This document shows positions 48,401 to 57,400 of a DNA stretch of 64,000 nucleotides, one piece after another. The position numbers were made by a program, and so were the translations under genes. The notes below the pieces were generated by a model. It was not told where the DNA came from. It made no database searches and saw only the letters and a list, made by a program, of their open reading frames with translations. The first letter of the stretch is position 1; every line of letters begins with the position of its first letter. Source of the stretch: a virus (lineage: Duplodnaviria > Caudoviricetes); the IMG/VR virus record IMGVR_UViG_3300042554_001750; one strand, given 5' to 3'.

Positions 48401-51400
48401 AGATAATGTAGACAAGTCTGAGTACAATGGAACTTGTAGTGCAGACTTTGTACTGTCACTATATCCATCTGCCCACCAGTTTGTGAATTCCCAATATCTG
48501 CCATCGCTTACATCATACTTTTCACCTTCTTCAAATAAGACTACAGTAGGATCATTTGGATCATAAATTGTAGGATTCTTTTCATTTAAGAAAGTTATGT
48601 TTTCTCTAATCTCAGCTATCGGGAATTGCGAAAGAATTTCATTTGCATATAGCAAATAATTCTTAAGTGCCATAAAACGGTTTAAGAAGAAACTCTGTCT
48701 AGGACGAGCCAAGATACCTGTTTGAACTGCCTTTGGTAAGTATGGATTAGGAACCACTTGACCGGTTTCGTCAACACCAGATAAGCTGTCTAGCAATCTG
48801 TCATATAAACCTTGAGGATTAACACTAAAATTATAATCGCTGTTTACACTTTGATTGCTTAAGTTAGTAGGTATACCTGGCAAGAAATCATCAGCATAAT
48901 TTGCTCTGATCAAGCTAAACTGATTATGTGCCACATCCTGATTTGTTCCTGTAGCAAATCCAATATGGAACACGCTGTCATTAGCGTTTAGATATTCTTG
49001 GATGTTATACAAGCCAAATGCATTTGGTAACAATGGAACAAAATAGCTGATGCCTGAATCTTCAGGATTAGCAATATAAGACTCTATCACAGAATCTGCT
49101 AAACTCTTTCCAGCTAGTGTATAAACAGTGTTTGTATTTCTGACCCAGTAATAATATGTAGGTATTAAATTGCCCGCATCGTTGAGATTGTAATTAATTA
49201 CAAATTGAGTTATATCAAATGGGGTTCCGGGTCCTGCATAATCTACTGGTAGTTGTGTGCTTTCAACCCAAGTAAACGCTTGAACTGTGCTACCAGGGAA
49301 TAATGTGCCCCAATATTGGCTATTATATACTGCATCATCTTGATGGTAGTTAACGAATCTTAATGTTGAAGTGTTAAGCCAAATCTGTCCAACTTGTACT
49401 GGTCCCCATGTGATGCTAGTTTCTATATTACCCTGATTGTTGTATCTTGCAGGATCATTGTTAGAAACAAAATCAATATTCTGTCTAACAGCACCTAATA
49501 TTTTGCCCTGCAATGGGTCAATGTAATCTAGGTTTACTAAAGTTTCATTAGTTTGGGCGCTGTAAATTTGTGCGTTGTTAATTTTATCAATATCTACTAC
49601 AGCACTTGAACTTCTGTAAACACTCCAATCTTGTTTACCTGTGATGTTGTTATAACCTATGACTTGACCATTATCAAATCCAGGTCTGAATGTTGGGGTG
49701 CCGATTGCAACGGTGTTATCATTGAAATCTAAAGCATGACCGTATAATGGTTGTGCACCAAAATCTAAGTTTCTTGCATTTACGCTTTGAGCATATACAT
49801 ACTTACCTGTATTATTAATACTTTCAGCATAGACAGGCAAATAGTCAAACATGTAGACGGCGCCAGCATTGTCAAATTCTTCTATGAATTGAGTTGTGTT
49901 ATTGTCAAATATGGTATCATTATCAAAGTAATTGTCATCAGAGAAATCAAATGTTGTTTCACTGAATCTAGATCCAGTTGGTGCGCTTGCAACAAAAGAG
50001 CCATTAGATCCAAACTTAACAGTTGATCCAAACTGAGTGGGACCTTCTGTATGTGGGCACTGTATAACTTGTGTTTCTGTAAATAGTGTAATCCCCAACT
50101 CAGCTAGAACTGTATTGTTCATTACACCAAGAGTTAACTGTTGATTGGGCACTGATAAATCGTTATTAATCAATCCGATTATCAGTCTATTATCAGGAGT
50201 TGCTGTTGCAGTAACATTTGTGATATTAGTTTGATTAATGGTACTTGCTACACTAGATGCATTTCCGGGTGTTAATTTAACCAGATATCCGTTGATTAAT
50301 ATATTTGAATTTGTTGTTAATGCTACCGGGTCTGTTCCTATGATGTAACCATAGTTTGATCCACTGTTGGTAAATCTATAAACTGCACCTTCTTGTAATT
50401 GTGTGTTTAGTTGGAACGGAGCTCCAATAATAATTTCATTACCTTTTGTTGCAATATCCAAACTGTGTCCAAATTCTACACCTATTAATGGGGTAGTATC
50501 TGTGCTGAATCTTTGTGTATTAACAAACAATTGACCACTGACTGTAATAATATCACCCGCAGTCAATGATCCATAGTAGTATAAAGTATTATTAATAATT
50601 GCATATTGATTGTCATCAATTAAAGTATTATTAACACTTAAGTATATAGGAGTATTTTGTACGCTTACTGTTGCGTTTACTGAACCTTGTGTTGTAACAG
50701 TAAATGCAGAAAGACTTGCCCTAGATGTTTTGATAGTTATGTCATTGCCAGACTTGCTTGCAATGTAATACACTTGATTAGGACTGATTAAAGTATTTTG
50801 CAGTCCTGCTCCCAAGAATACAATTGGATCGTCAACATTTAATGAGGCTGCACTGGTTGTCAATGTTAGAGTACTTGGTGCAGTTGTAGAAGCCAAAACT
50901 TTACTGACAGTTGTAGGGGTATATGCTAATTCAAATGATTGCGGTATGTCGGGTTGACTGTTATTCTGTACTTCAATTTTTTGAACTATACGGTTGAATG
51001 CATATGCGTAACCATAGTCATCAATAGTTACGCTGTAACTTACATTAGGAGCACTAATAACAATATTTTCGCCAGTGTAATCAGTTGCAATAGCATATCC
51101 AAAGTTGTCGCCAGCAACCAAACCAGATACTGTTACTGTTGTTGCAAATTCATATTCATCAGTAAGTTGTGACTTTCTATATACATGTACCAAATTTGGA
51201 GATACTGTATTGTCAAAGTCACTAATAAAGATCCAATTTTTATCACCTGAAATTGCAACTGCTTGGCCCCAGTTAACTGAATTAGCAGGAGCACTAATAG
51301 GTGTTTGGTATACTACTAAGTCATCAGATGATATAGTTTGATCTAGTCTATAGATGTGTACTTCCTTAGAACCAGTTGGCTCACTTATTACAAAAATATC

Positions 51401-54400
51401 ATCAGCATATTCAATTGTAGTACCAAATGATGTGCCATGGGTGATAGTTTGTATTAATTGCCAATCTTGTAATAATTCATTATAAGTATAACGGTAAACA
51501 GCACCTTCGGCTTCATCTCCGATTAAATATCCTAAATTGGTAGAATACGCAACTGCACTACCGAACGCTTGACCAGTAGGTCTTGTAAATTGCTTTTGAT
51601 AAGTGTAATTAAGGTCTTTTCTAAATACAGCCCAAGAACCATTATTATTTGTATCTACCCAAACTTTATTTTTTTCAAATTCAGTGTTCAGTAATGGTAG
51701 ATTGATAATATCTGCAGGGGTTGCAACTCTTTGTTGCTGAAACTTAAATCCTACACCTTGTCCTGTCAATGTTATAATTGAAGGATCCATTTGTAAATTA
51801 ATAATAATTCTGTATGGATCTACTATAAGAGCAGCGATGTAGTACCCATTAACGGCTGTGTCAAAATTTAATATCGCTAATGGATCGTATTGTGTTAAGT
51901 TATGTTGTTCTTTAAATGTAATTGTTACAGTGCCATTTAGATTATTCAATGCACCAATTACTTGCCCCATGCTTACTGGAGAATAAACATTCCATGTTCC
52001 TAAATAATTTGCAATCCAAACATAATCGCCAACATAGAATCTGTCTAGTGGAACTATCAATCCATTTTTATCAACGGCCGCTGCAATCTGTGACAGATAG
52101 AATGATGACATTTTTACATCATTTAAGTTCACATAACCGGCATCAGGGAATAATGTTGAAGGCTCTTCACTTGGGACAGTAGCTAGAATATTAGGATCAG
52201 TTATTGGTCTATCATAATTATACAGACTGCTTAACGGAACTTCTTGTTGTGAACCTTCTGTATTTGATCCATCAGTTAGTGAAACAATGCTTGGATTTCC
52301 AACAAGACTGTTTTGATTAAGTTTAAAATCTACAAAGTTAGAGTTTAATACTCCACCAAATTCTCCAGACTTAATAGCCCAGTTTTCATAGACTTCATAA
52401 TCAATTCCACCTTGCGGTAAATTAGCTCCCCTAAAGGCACTAACAGCATTAAGTGTACCTTTATTCTTAATCATGTTTTTGTAAACATTGACTTGAGTAA
52501 TGTCAGTCAAGTCTGCAAGTGCAAGGTAATCACGAGGACGATAGCCAATCAAACTAAAACTTAACAGGTCTGCATCTTTTTCTAGATTAGCCCTATCTAC
52601 ATCATAATACAATGTGCTCTCATAACTGCGAGTGCTAGAATTAGATAATAATCCTTTTTGAATTTCACCGTACTCAGTTAATTTCCAATCTAGTTCGTTA
52701 AAAATATTATTAGGTTGAACGACCTTTAAAGCAGTCCAATACTTGTTTTTGTATTTTACAATGCTGCCCTTAGTGTACTTAAATTCTTTACTCCACTCGG
52801 TTATATTGTCTTGATTTAAAATGAAACCGCTAGTGGTTACGGTACCATTCCACTCGGCTGTCTTAGTACCACGACATGTAATTCTTAATTGTCTTAATCC
52901 AGTAATTAGGTTATAAATTACATCATCAAATAATGTTATATTGTCAAATACAATTCCATGTTCAATATTGTTAATATTGAATTGACCATATGCAAGTGTA
53001 TCTCCTGTGTTCTGCGGGACAACATTAAACAATGTTTGGTCTCTTACGATACTCAAGTCTTTAGTTTGTATTGGATATAAATTTTCATTTAAAATGAAAT
53101 TAGATTGTTGGAAAGTCAGTGGCTGAACTACATAACCGTCTTTATTAATTGTTAAACTCTTTGCAGCAGGATTTACTGTAACAATACTGCCTTGTTCCCA
53201 ACCAGTTTGTGCCCAGTATAAGAACTCGGCAACCATTTGTTTCCAATTAACTTCTAAACCGTTTTCAACTTCTTCAAACACCATACCATTGGCTTCTAAA
53301 TAGAAACCATAGTTTATTAAGAACTGTGATACTTCTTGAATAGTATAAAATATAGTGCCGTATGGTACTATAACTTCAGTTTCTGAAGGTTTTGTATATA
53401 CAGTTACTGAGGTGCTTTCTACATTAATAATTTCAGAGTCTACATTTATTCTTGGTGCTAATGTAGTGAAGTATGCCTGTGTCTGAGAATTACCATATAC
53501 GGCATAACCCTCTGGTACTATCTGAATAATAATACCGCTGTAAATTAATTTTGTAAACGGTTGATTTTCATATAGTAATAAAGAATAACTTTCATCAGGT
53601 ATTAACAATGAGGCGTTGCGTGAGTTAGGTGTTCCCTTTTCAACATAGAATTTCAAGAAGGTCTTATCACTAAAGCCCGCCATTCTGTACACTAGACGGA
53701 CATCCAAATTCTGTAGTAATTCTGTAACTTTGGTTGTAGCATCAATACCGATTTGCTTTTGATAATCAACAATCCAGTTAATGTATGATGTTTTGGCAAT
53801 ACCATTGCCATAAATTTGAATATCTGATATAACTAAATGGCTTCTATCGTTTACAAGATATTGATTGAATTCGTAATTATACTTGTAGTTGTCAATGTCG
53901 GCAGCTAAGTTAAAGAACTTAGCAGGCTTCATCAATGCTAAAATTCGCATTAAATCAAATGGATATGAACTGCTTCTACGGTAGCTCAACTCAACAGGAG
54001 AATCATCGCCGACTTTCCAATCTCTTTGGAAAAGATTAGGATTATAATTGCCTACAACAGATGCAAAGGGAGATAGTAAATTACCAGCACTATTAACTGG
54101 AAGCACTTCTAGTAATCCAGGTCTAATAGCTTGTTCTATAACTACTGGGTTACCGTTGTTATAGTCAATACCATTTTCTAAATCTTCCCACAACACCAAG
54201 TTGTCACTAGTATATGGTGCAGGACCATATCTATCTTCCCACCATGCTGGCTTGTTTGTGTAACCAATCATTTCCCATGGCGTTAAATTGGGAGTTGTAG
54301 TATCATAAAAATATTGGTATATACCTCTCCAATACCCTTGTTCTATGGGCTGTCCATTTAACTTGTTACCACTGTCGGTATAGTTATATGTATATTGGTC

Positions 54401-57400
54401 AAACTTATTATAAACCTGCCTCTTATAATTCAAGCGGTTTTCACCAACCCAAGCTAAGAAATTGGTTGTGTAAATTTGCAACCATTCGTCATAAGAATAG
54501 TCTGTTGTTCTAAAGAATCCAGGTGTTACTTCATATTCTTTAATTGGAATTACATTACTTAATTTTAAGTTATTGTAAACTCGTTTTTCAAATTCAAATA
54601 ATGCTTGATCGCGGAAATCAACAAGAATCCCAGTTTGTGGATCATAATCACCATATAACTTAGTATATGAACCATCGTGACCCTTTATAAAATATGTTGG
54701 GGTGCTATAATCACTATCTAAAACAATTTCAGGAATAGAAGCAGGATACATTCCTAACTTAGTGGGAGTATTTGGTACATATGATCCATATGTCTGATTA
54801 TATTCTTTAACTGTAATAATGTCGTTTGGTAACAAATCATAGGTTACAGTTAGTGAGGGGCTATCAACACTAACCGTGTAATCCTGGTTTATGATTAATT
54901 GTTGTGTGGTTGTAATATTGTTAATGGTTCTAGTTAGATACACCAATATTCCACTATAATTTGCTGAACTAAAATCATAAATTTTAGTTAATGGATATCT
55001 AGAAATATCAAGACTATTTGCGAATGAATAAACATTAGTAACAAATGCAGCCTTGCTAGGAATCATATCAGACCAGAAGAACGACTGATTATCAGTTTTA
55101 CTTGCTGTCATTTGATCCAACGCATCATCTAAAATAAATGATGGATCAAATTGTTGAGAATAATCTGTATTATTAATAGTATCTACTAATAGAGTTTTAA
55201 ACTTAATATATTCTTTACTGTTAAATGATAACGCATTGAAAATATTTGTGTTAGGATCTCTTAAGAATGCGCCAGGTAATACTAGACTTGCACTATTCTG
55301 AATAATTCTATTGCCCCATGGTACTAGATTACCTGAATCACGATAATTGTTTGATCCAAAAATTTGACCTGTCAAATTAGGATTGTTATAAAAAATACTT
55401 TGATATTGACCTCTTATATCACCTAAGTTAGCAACTGTTATATCCTGATTTAATGGGTTGTTGTTTAAGTTAATTGGAATTGTGAAGTAAGCATTCTCAC
55501 TTACTTGTGAACTTAATACTGCAATTTGAATAACTGTATCTTCAACTGGTGCAGAATCAAGAGTTACCACCGTACTTGTGTCTAAACTAGTTACAGAATA
55601 TGCTGATGTTTCTAATAATGTGTTATTATTGAAAACTTGTATGATTGGCCATTCAGTCTGTGTGTCGGGAATTAATCCAACATCAACTGTAAATACTGGG
55701 TCTGAACCAAGTGTGTAATTAAAACTAAACAATTGATACTGAACACTTGGGCTTACCGCAGTTTGCCATCCTAGTAATCTTTCTAGTGTTCCAAAATAAT
55801 TGTAATTGTAAACATAACCCTTGTTCACTTGTTCAGTAATAGGTGTTGATCCACTTACATAATTAAATATGTCAGAGTTAAAAGTAACATCAAAGCTAAT
55901 ATCACCGATGTTGTTAATTGATGAGTACTTTAAAGGAAAGCCTAAAACATTATCGTCTAACCCTGATCCGATACCATACTGAAATAAGGTTGATCCACTG
56001 AAATCAGTTCCGGTATATACTGTGCTATCGCTAAAACTAATTCCATTATTATCAAAAATATCAAATAATGGTGCTTGATTTACTGTTACCTTTTCCTGTC
56101 CCTTTATCCATTCAATACCGTCATACCAAAATTCTAAGCCTAAATAATTATAACCTCTGTATGCAACTGTTTGTTGATCAGGTAAAACAAGTCCGTCATC
56201 GGCTTCAGTCAAAGTAATTACTGGAACACTAGAGCCAGTTATAGATGAGAATCTTACAACATAGATTTTGTTGCGAACATTTTCATCTGTATCTGCTGCA
56301 AAAATAATTCTAGCACCATCAAAAACTGCATAGCTGTTTACACCTTCAGGTACTGCAATTATAGATGCCACTGATGTACCATTGAAGTACGCAGATTGAT
56401 CTTCACCCCAAGATACAACAAGAGTTTTTGTTGATGTACCTGTAACAGATTCAATGATAGTATTAGGTGGTAATAAATTAGTAGAATCAGCAACATACTG
56501 ACCAACGGTGAATGTCCCCACACCCACAAACTCATTGTTACCGATATCAGCAGTAGTTACTTGAATGGTTGTGCTTTGTGGATACCATTTAGCTGTGCAG
56601 ACACTAGCAGCCGTAGTTAAGTTAATAACAGCACCATTTTTAGAAAGGCTAACTTTAATTGTAGTACCATCTACAACTTCTGCAACATAATAATTTGTGT
56701 TATATGTTAGACCACCGATACTAAATGGTGGATCTAAAATAATTATATCATTTACTCTGAAACCGGTTGTACTATTGATTGTTACTGTATCTGAAGGACC
56801 ATCGGTATTAGTGATGGTTCTATTCTGAGTATAATTTGTACTTGCAATGACTGATGTGTAATCTGTATATACAGCAACATCAGGATAATAACTTTCTTGA
56901 CCGGCTACATATGTAAACGCATCTGAAGTTCTAAAATCTACAAAGTCTACTGGATTTTTTCCACTAGAACCTTGATTGAATAATTTTAAGTTTGGATAAA
57001 ACTCAATGATAGGTCTCTTAGCCTTTGCAGCCGCAGTTGCATAGATGGCTACAGATTCTGGGTCATTATTGTATTGCGCTGTTGCATTTATAACATCAAT
57101 ATGGAACCAACGATTGCTTCGTGACCATGCATTTTTATTAACAGAATTTCTAGCTATAGTAATATAATCAGGACTTACTGGAATAAAACTGTCGCCATCA
57201 AAATTACCAAAATCATATGGTGTAGTATCATATGGTATTAAAACACTTTCAGTAAATGCTTCCGGTACTACAAGGGTATCTACGGGAATAAGTTCAATAT
57301 GTGATCCTACTCCTTCTACATAATATTCACCTGACAGGTAACTAGTTGGTACTACATCTCCCTGGAATGAGACCTTCAATCCATTTGTAAATACTATCCC